Source: the human T2T-CHM13v2.0 reference genome, Homo sapiens
Assembly (NCBI GenBank): GCA_009914755.4
Contig: CP068257.2
Location: forward strand, 13,312,001-13,376,000
Reading direction: 5' to 3'
Length of the DNA stretch: 64,000 nucleotides
A program made the translations under genes and the position numbers. Every line of letters starts with the position of its first letter. The stretch's first letter is position 1. Below the pieces are notes generated by a model that saw only the letters and a list, made by a program, of their open reading frames with translations, was not told the DNA's origin and ran no database searches. Below are positions 11,433-25,833 of the stretch, piece by piece.

Positions 11433-13384
11433 CTGTGGTGAGTGCGATGTAACTTTAATAAAGGAGTATCAGTTTATCACCTTCCATCGCAATCAGAGAG
11501 AGACGTACTGTTACATTCTGTCCAAGATTTCTTCTGGCAATGACAAGATAAATGCAGTCTGACCACAGTGCTGATCAACTTCTACGCAAGGAGGAGGAGA
11601 AGAATTCCTTAACACATAGGTCTGTAGCAGTAAGCAGATAGAATCCTTAGTGAATATATTCCTTTTCCTTCTTCATCTTTTGTTCCCCATTAAATGCAAA
11701 TATCAGTGTTCTAAAAAAAATAAAAATAAGAATAGTTAAGGAGGCAGAACTAGAATCACGTTATGATACCTACAAGCAAAATAATATAGCATCTGTAAAT
11801 GTATATATATATTACATATAAATAATAGACATATAAATGGATTATAGTCACTTTAGTAATTTGTTTTATTGCCGTTCCTATTCAATTGAAAATGTCTACT
11901 GGAAATCCTGTGGGTTAATGCATACTGTTAAAATGATCAAATCATTAGAGAAGAGAACATACTTTAATGTTACATAGCCATCTTCCAAAGCCGCCAAGTC
12001 TCTGAATTTTCATAAGCACCTTTCTGCAAAGTAATGTGAATGTTCAGTCTCCTTTATAGCTTTATAGCTCTACAGGGGAACTAGAACTTGCTTCCTTACA
12101 TTACTGGGCACTTAGGAAGAAACAAAAGTAGATGTGCAGAAAAAGGAAAAGAGATGCAGACTCTGATGAGTCTGATGTGGGGTTGAGGCCAACAGAACAG
12201 ATTCATTTCTGACATCATCCCCCAAACACCAGACATTCCATAAGTAATTTTTAGAATTTCCGTTTTCAAAAAAATGAAACCACTAACAAGTTGAAGATTA
12301 TTTTGTGAGTCTGTTCAAAGTGTGACCATCTTAATCATATTCATAAACATTAAAATACAGTCATAAACTTACCTACCCATACTTTTTACCATGACTTATT
12401 AAAGACAGAGAGGAGTGATTCTTTAGATGCTTGTTCAGGGCTATCAAGGGTTTAATGTAGTTCGTTAGTAAATCCTTACTCATGTGCTCTATGGAGAAGT
12501 CTTAATGTCAGGTCCATTCCTTACAGATACAGAAGACAGGGAGGGCATAAACATATATAAAAAGTACAATGGAGAATGCCAAAGACATTTTAGTCACAGT
12601 TTGAAAAATATTCCAATGATATTTATTATCTAAGAAGAGACCAAAAAATTTCCTATCACTAACACATACACAACAGAAGAAGCAAGAACTCATTGCATTT
12701 CTGAAAACTTGATAGGTAAGTGTCAAAATTGACCTAAGGAAGGGGGGCCATGACACCTTTGGAAGAGAAGCTGGAATAAATTCCATGCAGTTTGTTTTTC
12801 AAGATGCCAGAACATTTTGTTTAAGTTATCAGACCTGAAGCTATCAACAAATACCTTGGTCCCTATGGAATTTAAAAGATAAATTTTAATTGAAAGACTA
12901 CCCTGTAGCTTTTTAAGTACAATGCTTAACTCTAAGTCAAACTTTAGGAAATAATTATCTGATTGTATCAAATTGTTGAATTTATTGATTAAAAGGATAA
13001 GAAATGATAGCCAAAGAAAAAGATACAGAAAGGAGGCAGCAACAATTAATTTCAACTGTGTAAGGAGTAGGATGAGAAGAGACTTTCTTGAGATTCCAAT
13101 GCCACCATTTTAAGAAGCTTTGCCATAATGTACTTAAGATGGATATTTTAAGAGGTTAATAATGATATAGAAATGAAATGGTTATCATGACTGCCACCAA
13201 ATATCCATTCTCCCATTTTCATTTACTAATAAAACCCTGACTTGTTTTTCAGGGAGTAGGGAGGTATCCCAGCTAAACACTACTTTTCTCCCCCCTCTGG
13301 TTATATTTTACAATTGATGGCATGTTGCTTAATTGGAGGCTTATTTTTCTTTCTTAGTGGTATAAAACATACGGGTACATTTTA

Positions 13385-13768
<384 letters not shown>

Positions 13769-15843
13769 TTAATTCTCAACTAGTTAAGACATTTAACAAC
13801 CATTTAATGGGATATGCAAGTCCACTGTATTTCTCTCCACACCACTGCCAACCTTTTTGCTCTTGGGTAGACTCAAGAAAGTCAAAATCATACCAGTCAT
13901 TTGAAAACTGGTTTGTAAACAGCCATAAAACATACTTTATTTAAGAATAAGAATGAAATAAGGAGCATCTTTGAGTTCATATTACTCCTGTTATTGCTTT
14001 CTACTTTTTACTGTGCATGATATAATTTGCAAAGTATTATTCATTGCTTTAAAAAGACTGAATTTACACATTTCTGAATTTACAAAGCAGATTTGGAAGT
14101 TGATTTAAAAAGGAATTATCACAGTTTCCTTGTAAAGGAGCTCTAACACTGTATTTTACCATTTATTTACCTCTCTACCATTTATTTCCTATCTTCACAG
14201 AGAAAGTAGATGACAGATATTAAGAATAATCATCTCTTAATAATCCATTTTTTGGCAATCAGCTTTCTCAGGTTGAAAATCATTTCTTACATATGAAAAC
14301 AATTTTTAACTTCAAGAACGAAAATGACATATACAAATAATTTTATTAAGCTCCTTGGGTCTGAGGACTGTGCTAATTATAATTACTACAGTGCAACACA
14401 GTCAACAGATAACTGAACCTTGGGATACATTAAGTTATTCAATGACCAAATTCCCAGTAGGAAGGAAGGGAATTTGACATTCAAACACACACATTCTCTC
14501 ACTCTCAAAAAATATATAGATGAGATACTAAAATAATTCGAATCACAAATTTGAAACCACACACTGTAGTTCATCACTTGAAGGAATCACGAGGAGAAGG
14601 TCATTCTAAATATTCAATTGTTTATTTCATTTAAATCAATACAACATATTCTTACTGAACTCCCAATCTGCTTCAAGATCTGTCTTAGGATTGGTGAATT
14701 ATGTTCATTTTTAAAAAGGGATGTGATAGACAACATCTAGAGAAACAGGCAAGGTGAACATCCACCTTTAAGTTTCTAGAACATCTCTAATAATAAAAAT
14801 ATCTTCTCCTCATGCTACTTCTTTTCACATTTTCACATGACTCTTATATCACCAAGCACAAAAAAATTAAAAAATGTGATATGAAAAATCTTCCAAAGAT
14901 TGTTTTAAGATTTTTAAATGAAAACTATAAAACAAACATTTTTAGTTCAGAAAATGTGGTTACCATAGTATGGATAAAAGTCACTATGTGTATGCACTAA
15001 GCTTTCACACTTTCTTCTAGAGAAGTGGACCAGTAACACATTTAGAATAGATTTAAAAGGAAGATGAATAATTGCTTCCAAAATATTCTAAGTCAAGGCA
15101 GTTATTTTTCATTAATTTCTTTGAAAAAAATCCTATAAAACGTACCAATTACATGAAGTAGTGGAGAAAAAGGATTTTCTTATGGAGACCTGTTTTTTAA
15201 ATGAGATAAATCTGTAAATCAAAGATTGTGGTCACGTGGAGAGGCTGCCTCAGGTGACACAGCAGCAACACCTACCACTGTTCTAGCAGAAAATGAAGTG
15301 TCTATCCTAGGAAAGCAGGAATTCTTACACCCCTTAAGGCCTGAACGCACTTAGCTCCTTCTATTGAAAGCTCTTCAGGGAGCAGAGTGAGCCAAATTTC
15401 TTTAGATATCTTCCTTTTCTATCTCTTAAACTAGAGAGGGAGAAATCACTAACAATCCTTCTCACCTTTCCCAATCCTTGCCTTTTCATTTCTATAGTAT
15501 AGAATATAATTGAGAAATATAGCAAAAAAAGAAAATGAGGCACGATACTAAATAGTACAGCTTGTTGGGACCTATGGATTTAGGGTATTAAGGTAAAATA
15601 TGACCACTACCTAATAAATAGACGTTTTAAGGTTAAAATGTTATTTTAAGTTATTCAATATTAGCTTAACTCATTTTCTTTTAGTGAAAGACAACCACAT
15701 TATTCATGAAATTCCAACATATAGTTCTCTTGCCTGGTTTTATATAAATATAACTTAAGAATGTTGCCAGGTGTATTCTTGAGTATATTTAGTTACCAAT
15801 ACCTAAATGTCAACACACATTTAATAATTAGGTTTCTTTAGAG

Positions 15844-16162
15844 CAGCAGTCCCCAACCTTTTTGGCACCAGAGACTGGTTTCATGGAAGATAATTTTTGC
15901 ATGGAGTAGCGGGGTGGAGATGGTTTCAAGATGAAACTGTTCCACCTCAGATCATCAGGCATTAGATTCTTATAAACAGTGGGGAACCTAGATCCCTCAC
16001 ATGTGCAGTTTACACTAGGGTTCGCACTTCTATGAGAATCTAATGCTGCCACCGATGTGACAGGAGGCGGAGCTCAGGCGGTAATGCTTGCTGGCCCACT
16101 GCTCACCGCCTGCTGTGTGGCCCAGTTCCTAACAGGCTTGGCCTGGGGGTTGGGAACCCCTG
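15844..16162. mobile_element. non-autonomous DNA transposon (MITE, ~320 bp) with terminal inverted repeats
   Basis: It starts gcagcagtccccaaccttttt and ends ggttgggaacccctgc, which are 14-16 bp near-perfect inverted termini. The internal sequence (ggcaccagagactggtttcatggaagataatttttgcatgg...ggttcgcacttctatgagaatctaatgc) is a high-copy primate interspersed repeat I recognise. I cannot name the subfamily with confidence. Confidence 0.6.
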
Positions 16163-16842
16163 CTTCAGAGAATTGCAATTAATGTATATTTTGAAACTGG
16201 AATTGTTTATAAAATATTGAATCCTCTGGTTTGTTATTTTCTTAATTTTGATGGTGATTTCATTAGAGCTTGTGCATGTGTCTATTTAAAGTTATTAAAC
16301 ATTTGCATCACAGTAAGGGAGAGACTTTACTTGTATGGTATATACTTGTTAAATAACTTCTAAGTAAAGAAAACAGAACTTTTCTAGAATTTGGCTTATG
16401 GCGGATGAGAAGAACCAAAGGAAGTAAAAATACTAAAGGGACAGAAAAAGAAAAAAAAAAGGGAAAAATACTAAGAACAAATAAAGGCATCATGAATTCT
16501 GCAACTCTCATGAGGTGCCAGAAGGAAAAACTTAGTTTACAAACTAAGTAGATTATATTACTAGCCTGCCTTTAAACATTAGGTTGGTAGATATGACATG
16601 CAAAGTGAAGAAACATCTTTTATGAACACTAAAAATGCATATATACAACGAGAAAAAAGTAAAACCTACACAATAATAGAATAAAAGCTAACTCAGTGAT
16701 GTTTGTTTCAACTTGGCTGTCATTTTTATAGAGTGGTTCCATAAAATTTTGAGGAAAAAATGGTTAATTTTAACAAAAAATTTAGTATAACATTCAGGAT
16801 ACCAAGAAGTACTAAATTTTGATTTCAGTATTATCGTCTTAA

Positions 16843-17170
<328 letters not shown>

Positions 17171-18009
17171 TTTTACAATTTTAGTTCATTTTAACCCTCA
17201 GTACACCAAGAAAAACAGTCATCATCATTTATCATCTGGGTCCAAAAGACATTTTATTAATATTTAAGTTAATTCATGAATAATTTACACAATAAGAATA
17301 AAGAAATGACACAAAACAACTTCACTGATTTTTTTTCATAAGAATTTAAACATAACATTGTAATTCAATTCTTCATTCCCTGTTTTCCTGGTTTTGAAGG
17401 AGTATATATCTGAAAAGGACAAGGCGCTTTGAAACTGACAGCTCATCAACAGGTTCATGGATGAACCTGGAAATATTTATAAATATTGATTCCAGATTTC
17501 AGGTATGTGTTTAAAAGGACTCTTGGGTCTTCTTCTTGTACTTGAAGAATTCAAAATGTGTTACTTTTGATAATTTTAATAGCTCATAATGATGTTGAAA
17601 AGATGACAGAAATTTCTGCTTCGTAATTGCCCAATATATTTCATTTTTAGACTAACAGCAATTACAATGATCAATCCAATGAATTACTTCATTTCTGTAT
17701 CATCTCTTTCTTTACAATCTCCTCTATCAAACACCTGCCTTAAGTATCTGTCCACTTACGAACAGTGTCAAATAAATTTGGTGTTCCAAAAATCATAAAA
17801 GATGAAAGAATACTGTCACACACCCTTTGAAGAAAACAGAGCCATTGAAGTTTTTGCCACAAAACACTTGAGTGTTGAATACCGAGCAATGCAGTCTTTC
17901 CTAATGAATAACTAACTGTATGAAAATACTATACTTACTTTTTGTCCTGAGAACTGTATTTTTGAACTATATTGTTACTCATTGCTCCCTGTGTTTGAGA
18001 AAATTCACC

Positions 18010-18295
18010 TGGCTGGGCGCAGTGGCTCATGCCTGTAACTTCAGCACTTTCAGAGGCTGAGGCAGGATGAATGCTTGAGCCCAGGAGTTCGAGACCAGCC
18101 TGGGCAACATGGCGAGACCCCATCTTTACAAAAACATTAAAAAAAAAATAGCTGGGTGTGATGTTATCAGCCTGCAGTTTCAGCTACTTGGGAGGCTGAG
18201 GTGGGAGGATCACCTGAGTCTGGGGAAGTCAAGGCTGCAGTAAGCCATGATAGCACCTGTGCACTTTAGCCTGGGTGACAGAGCAAGACCCTGTG
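18010..18295 (+). mobile_element. Alu SINE, plus orientation
   Basis: It runs ggctgggcgcagtggctcatgcctgtaacttcagcactttcagaggctgaggcagg...gcactttagcctgggtgacagagcaagaccctgt. Confidence 0.93.
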
Positions 18296-18296
18296 G

Positions 18297-18337
18297 AAAG
18301 AAAGAACAGGAAGGACGAATGGACGGAAGGAAGGAAA
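18297..18337. repeat. GGAA-type purine microsatellite derived from an Alu tail
   Basis: The sequence reads aaagaacaggaaggacgaatggacggaaggaaggaaac. Confidence 0.8.
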
Positions 18338-18655
18338 CATTCATCTAGGATGTATCTGAAGACAACAGTCAGTGGTATTGCTTATATAATCAATAGCACC
18401 ATAATCATTCACATGTAAAGTATTAGCATCAGTTTTTTTCCATTCATCTTCTGGTTTATCTAAGTGAAATATCTTCGTTTGTCAACTTTCCTCTTTGACA
18501 TTACAGACAGAAAAATACTGAATCATCAATTTTTAATAAAAACTTAAAACAAAAGGGAAAGACTATAAAGACAGTGTCTCCAGATGTTTTATTTTTATTT
18601 TTTTACATTCTTGAAAGATAATGTAGTATAATGGGCTCTAAGAAAACTGAAGATG

Positions 18656-18828
18656 GGGCTGGGTACGGTGGCTAGCCTGTAATCCTAGCACTTTGGAAGG
18701 CTGAGGTGGGAGGATCACTGGAGCCCAGGAGTTTGAGGTTACAGTGAGCTATGACTGAGTTACTGTACACCGCATTCTAGCCTGCGTGACAGAATAAGAC
18801 ACTATTTCTTTAAAAAAAAAAAAAAAAA
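18656..18828 (+). mobile_element. Alu SINE, internally deleted short copy, plus orientation, with a poly-A tail
   Basis: It runs ggggctgggtacggtggctagcctgtaatcctagcactttggaaggctgaggtgggaggatcactggagcccaggagtttgaggttacagtgagctatgac...cctgcgtgacagaataagacactatttctttaaaaaaaaaaaaaaaaa. Confidence 0.85.
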
Positions 18829-18893
18829 GGAAGGAAGGAAGGGAGAGAGAGAGAGAAAGAAAGAAAGGGAGGGGAGGGGAGGAATAGAATGAC
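18829..18893. repeat. compound (GGAA)n(GA)n(GAAA)n(GGGA)n purine microsatellite
   Basis: The sequence reads ggaaggaaggaagggagagagagagagaaagaaagaaagggaggggaggggagg. Confidence 0.9.
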
Positions 18894-21800
18894 GGTAAAA
18901 CAGTGATGATTTCAGTATTGCCTCATCCTTCTAGACACTTCCGTTATTTTTACTTTTTATTATTTTAGCCTTTTTTTTAAAGGACAGTTGGGAATAAATA
19001 ATAAATTCATTGCCAAAATGGTAAAATGCCAAAATACTTAAAGATACAGAAAAAATAAGATCACTAAGATTCCATATGTACTTTTGACTTCTAAAAGGTT
19101 CCAATGGACATATATAGTAACAGCAAGGTACTATGTTTGAGTCTATTAAGGACACATTCATTAAAACTTCAAAAATGTGGTATTATCCTTCCTACCACTT
19201 ACAAATATATTTTTTAAAAAAGCATTTGAAAACTAAAACTGAGTCCAAAGAACCCTGATAGTATACCAAAGGTTAATGTATTTCATGATAATAAAATTCA
19301 TGTCCAACTACTTAACAATGTTAAAATTATAAACAGAATCTTCCTTTTATTAATTTAAAATTGTTTATAAGCATAAAAATCCTTTAAAGTTTATAAAGTT
19401 AAGATTTTACTGATCTACATCATGTGGTGGAAAAAATCATTGTGGTGAAAAAGAATTATTTTAGAAAGTAATAAAATCAAACTAAACCATGAAAAAATTC
19501 CATGGAATCTTCACCATATGCGTAGATTGATTTGGGGAAAGATCTAAGTTTCAACACAAACTAGTTTAATGAAATATCTAATAAAATGCTTGAATTACAC
19601 AGTATATTTTAAAAAGAGCTACATTTACTTTTTTTTATAAGTATCTGAAAAGTACAGAACTAAGTGATAGGTAATTTTTTTAGAGCTTTTTAAATAAAAG
19701 ACAGTAGTAAATACTGTGCATACTAACAGTTCACAAATGGGTGCTATATTGATTCTCTAAAATAGCTAAACTATTTTCATTGCAATATGTTTTACATTTT
19801 CTGTTTGGAAATGGTTTATTAAACAAAGGGAAACTTTGTGGAACTTCTACACACTTTAAAATGATAAAATCCAAGTGATAAAATTTTACTTAGTTAAATG
19901 AAGAATGCATCTGGCAGAATTCTTACATGTAGGACTATTTTTGGTTGAGAATAGAGAAATAATGACAACGGTCTTTCTCCAGCTGTTTTTAAGGATTCAG
20001 TATCTTACTTGCAATTAAATACTCCATTAAAAACACATTTAAATGATTAAACATCTACGAGTTCACTTGGTATGCCATTTAAATTATATCTAAGGACTAC
20101 CTCATGACTTCCAATTGTGACCATGAGATCTCCCCCAATTTGTTCTGCAATATCAAGTAATACCTATTTGAGTACTGAATTTAAAGGGATTTCTACAATG
20201 CAGCTTTGACCATTAGGACACTTGGCTTTGCCTGGTTCCTCAAAATGCGTAAGTAATCAAAGGGCTACTTAATTATGTCATTCAAGAATAACTCCTAATG
20301 GACAATATTATTATCTATATTCCACTGTGGATAATTTCAGGGGTATTTTTATACAAATGGTAAGAAAAACATTAATATGTTTCATTAAACATTAGAAGAA
20401 AAATATCTAAGTACATACTAAGAAGATTCCAAAGTCCTAATTATTGACTCTTTTATTTAAAAAAAATACAGATCCAGGTATTCGGAGAACTCTCGTTGTT
20501 CTCCAAAGCAGGGCTTTGAAAGGAAGTTTTAAAAGCTGAATGAGAAACACTAAGCCAAAAACAATTTACCAACAGGATGTAACTCCAAACATTTTATCCG
20601 AAGGGATGAAAGTAGCTTTCCAAACCAAGGGCCAATGAAAAGTTAAAATACGTAAAACCCAACACTTAATTTCACATAAAAAGAAAGGAAAAGTAACATT
20701 TTAGGTATGGGTCCCGAAGTTTCATTTAAGAAGACAACAGTGAATCCTCTATTATCAATTAAAAGATAAAAAGTCATTGGAAAAAACATTTAAAAAGGAA
20801 TAAAAGAAACATTCAAGTGTTGACATTTCACAGCAGGGAATAATAAGACAATAAAAGAATATGCCTGAAGTTTCATTTCTTAAAATATATTTCTAATTAC
20901 TTGAAAAAAATGAATCAAAATTAATATATGTCTTTTAAGGGAATCTGAATTCCAAGATAATAACTTTCTTTGAAGTATTATCTTTATGAAAAGGTAGATG
21001 TGTGGTCATACAATTTAACAGATGCCAAAAATAATTATCTAAATACATTTTGCTCAACTGAGGGCCTCAACATTTGAAATGAGAACTGAGGAGTTTCTTG
21101 CTCTCTCCCAGGGGTTCTCATTTTAGGTGCAGATACTCCTCAGAGACAGGTGGCATGGACACCAGAGACACCGGTGACGAAAACAGCTGCCCAGGCTGCT
21201 CTCCACTGCAACCTGAAGGACTTAATTTTTTGGCCCAAGGCCAAATTTGCTCCTAACTTCTAGGTCCATTGGCTTTAACTTGCTCGTCAGCTGCTTCCAT
21301 AGGAGTAAAATAGTGTCATTCACATTCCCAACTAAAAAAGACTCATTAGAGACATTCCTGCGGGAGTAACTCAAGCATTCAACGCAAGGACACATGTATA
21401 TGAGGACCCCTCTAAATCTAAAATTTTATTCCTATGATTCCAAGTAATTTGTCAAATTATAGCTGATGAAAATGACAAGCATTTTAACGAGAAAGATGAT
21501 ATGCTGTCATAAAGTTGTGGAAATAGCCCTGACCAATATGTTTTACTGTCTTTTCAATAAATTCCGGGGGAAGGAAATGGTTTTGAAATAGCCACACACT
21601 CAACCCACCTAATGCCCCAAAAGGTATCTATGTTCACAACTTTCTTCTGTAGGGTCACAGAATTGCAAACAGATGTTTATTTAAAAGCTAAATATGAGCT
21701 TATATTCAAATTGGAACTTTTGCTTATCTCATAACAGCTATATACTGAATAAAATGGAGGATAATCACAAAGATTTAAGATCTTTGATGACACAAATAAA

Positions 21801-22875
21801 AGAGACAGATGAAATAACCGTTCTGGTGACAGAAAGAAACACCCCATAATTGATACGGCAAAATAAAGAAGGGCTTCTTTGTTTTGAATTCTCCTCAGAA
21901 GGCCTAGGTATATGAATCGGATTCAATAAATTTGCTATTCATTTTACACTGCCTCTATAGTTAATCTTAAAAACATTTAATTTTTAAACAAAATTAAGAT
22001 GAAAAAGTTGGAGATTTTAAGTTAAAAATCAAAGATCTAGACAAAGGAGCTAGAGAAAGAGCTAAACTGCCAAACAATTTCTATTTCAAAAACACAATAC
22101 ATTTCTGGATGCTGTACTTCACTCTGTCTTGAAAATACTGACACTGGAAAATTGTTAAATAAAGTTAATTTTACCTACAATTTTTAAAGCTCCAGAAAAC
22201 TATTACATGACAGACAGTACATACCTATTTATGATTAGTACTAATGTCTATTCACTACCTTCTACTGTTATCAAAGAAACAATAGTTTTTCTTAATGAAC
22301 ACAAAATAATCATTAACAAATTATTTTGGCAGCACATAAGTATAAGAAAAGAGTGTAAATACAAAATTAACAGAGAGTGTTTGCTTCTCACCTTTCTCAA
22401 CAGCTCTTTGGAGTAACTGGTGCTTTCTATCAGTTTTCAAGAGCATAATATTTTCCAATCTCTATCAAAATAAGAAATGTAATGGAAAATGGATCTTTCT
22501 TCTTCTGGAATTGCTTGAGTGTTTATAGTATATATGCAGGGATATCCTTTGAGATGGGAGCATCAATCCTACTAAACTCAACTATGGTTTCCCCATCCCT
22601 AAAATAGATTTGACATACAGACACAAGCACAAGGTCAAGGTCACAGATCAGCAAGAAAGATTACCAACAGAACTGATGTAACCAGCTGGCTTTTGATCAA
22701 AGCTCCTAGGGTTTTTAGTACACTTAGACACTCTGCACTTACCCACATAGTATATACTCTGTTTTAAAAATGTTCCCCATCTTTGAAGTCAAGATCTTCA
22801 TGCACTTCTTATTATAAAGTATGTTTTGTTAAATATATTGCATTGGATCAAGAATAAGAGGAGAAACCAGTATGT

Positions 22876-23007
22876 TTGTTTTTTTTTAATAGCGACGGGG
22901 TTTTACCTTCTTGGCCAGGCTTGTCTTGAACTCCTGACCTTGTGATCCACCTGCCTTGGCCTCCCAAAGTGCTGGGATTACAGGTGTGAGCCACTGCACC
23001 CGGCCAG
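22876..23007 (-). mobile_element. Alu left-monomer fragment (FLAM-like), minus orientation
   Basis: It runs gacggggttttaccttcttggccaggcttgtcttgaactcctgaccttgtgatccacctgccttggcctcccaaagtgctgggattacaggtgtgagccactgcacccggccag. Confidence 0.9.
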
Positions 23008-23400
23008 AATTGTGAATTTTTATGTGTTTGTGTGCCTGTATATATATATGCTTGCACTTTTATTTGTTTGCTTGTTATAACTGATCATTGCCATGTGACA
23101 ATTTTAAAATTAACTTAACTTGCAGTTCCCTGAATAGATAATGCTCTCTCACAATTCCAAGCTTTTGACCCATCTGAAACTGAAATTAGTAGTATGCTCT
23201 GCAATGCCCTGGGTCACTTGTTCCCAAAAACACAGACTTAACTTGTAAGTCACTGCTTCAACAAAAGAAGTTTTATAATTTATCCATAGTCTTCCACAAC
23301 AATTTTCAAATCACAGGGATCAAAAGAAACTTTAGTTATCAACAATGACAAAAACAAAAAGTGATTCTTAAAGGAATATATTATTAAATATATTAGTGCA

Positions 23401-23715
<315 letters not shown>

Positions 23716-25044
23716 TTATCTAACAAAATCATGCCTTTTGTTTTAGCTGTTTAAACAAGATGTTAAATTTATTTTAAGTTACATTTATGAAACCAAGAGT
23801 TATGTGATCAATGTTCTTACTGAAGCATTCTGGTCAAGAAATCATTTTGAAGGATGCATAAAGCTGTTGGGGTAAATTTACACTATAAAAGCTTTCCTTG
23901 CTAAATCAAGTACCACCTGCTGTAGCTTTATACAATTTGCAAACTACTTATGCTATATGTACATGTAAATGTTCTCAATTAGTGGTTTTTCATATTTTTG
24001 ATAAATTAAATACCTTTGCATGAAAATAACCCAAAATTTACTATCCTAGAAAGATTGCTAGTTTTTCAAAAATAAAGTAAAAAAGAAAAATTATGTCAAA
24101 TTATCAAATTAAATACTATTGAAATGACTTATATGACATCACTCTAGTCATTACAGGCTCCAAACACAAAGATATCTAGATAGAAGTTTCCAGTCAAGCT
24201 GTGGAAGAGAAATATCACTACAGACACAATTCATGAGCACCCAGACATGGTGGTGATACCTGTGAAGAGTCAATAAATCTGACTAGGTCCCATCCTACAG
24301 GATTAAGGAATCAAAACCAAAAATACTACATGCACAATGTACCTGCAGAAATTCTATGTCTTTAAATTTTCACAGGTAACATTAAAGTATGTCTGTCAAC
24401 TTGGAAAATGAAGCTACCAGCACACCATCAGCAGGCCACTTACTTACTTTAAATGGTTTTATTTATTTTTATTGAAGAAACTGCGGTGCGTGCTTTACCC
24501 TGATCTCTTATTTGCCCATCTATCCATACAACCAAGTGTTTGAAGTACTAATCTCAGGAACAATAGCCAGTAAATGCTAATCTGAGAACCAGTTCTGCTG
24601 TTGTCCAGGTTTAGGGCACGTTCTGCCTGTGCAGCAGGGACAGTGACACATGCTCCTTGGCATGGCACCTGCCACTCATAGTCAGATACAGACCCAGGTT
24701 GGGGAGACTCAGGAGGCTTTAGAGGATGACTCCAGTGTGCTGAGGAGACAGAGGCAGATTAGCGGTCTAGGGAATGTGGGTCAGGGCTTTTGTGATTTCA
24801 ATTGTTGGACCAAAAATGTTTCAGAACAACTTTTCTCTTAACAATAAAGAACATTAAAAACAACTACTTACTTCCTACTATTAGCATCATTTAATAAAAT
24901 TAAATCACTTTAACACTGAAAACTAAAATCTTTAATGAAAATCTCTCATCATTTTTCTGTTGCTTTTTGTCTTGAGATAGAATGATGTGTGGAAGAGTAC
25001 ATATATACTATATTGATCTCTTCACTATTTAGTAGTTCATTTGA

Positions 25045-25343
<299 letters not shown>

Positions 25344-25833
25344 TAGTTCATTCAACTCTTAAGTTACTTAAATCTTTACATCAGAATTTCCCACTGTTTA
25401 TATTTTGCTTTGTGTTTTGGTCTTTCCCTTGATTTCAATTATCACATTTATATAAAATATATAATTTGTTCTATAGAAATTCTTGTCATTAAACAAGAGG
25501 TTATAAATAAGACAGCAGGGGAGAAACAGGGCAGTAAGAAGAATAAAGAACCTTCTGCTTAGTGCCCTTCCCCCCATATCATCCTTACCATCCTCATCTT
25601 TTGAGGAAAAATACATCAGACTTAAAAATGCATACAGAATCCTGTAATAAGCCCCATTTGTTTACAGTCAAGCTAAACAACTAGGACATTTCTTTCATTC
25701 TGTAAGTCTCAGCTGACAACTCATCCTCTCTTTAGGCAGCCTTCACTGAACTCCATAGCCTGAGGGTAGTTGTTCCTCTCTGTGACTCCACGGCACTCAG
25801 TAGATCTTTCAATCATCTTGCTTACAAAACTGT

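Noticed and set aside
21100-21560. Unique-looking segment with a few CpGs (caccggtgacgaaaac, tgctcgtcagctgc, cctgcgggagt, aacgcaagg, taacgag, ttccggggg)
   Set aside because: CpG density is only slightly above background and no motif cluster or splice signal stood out. Without conservation data there is not enough evidence to call a regulatory element.
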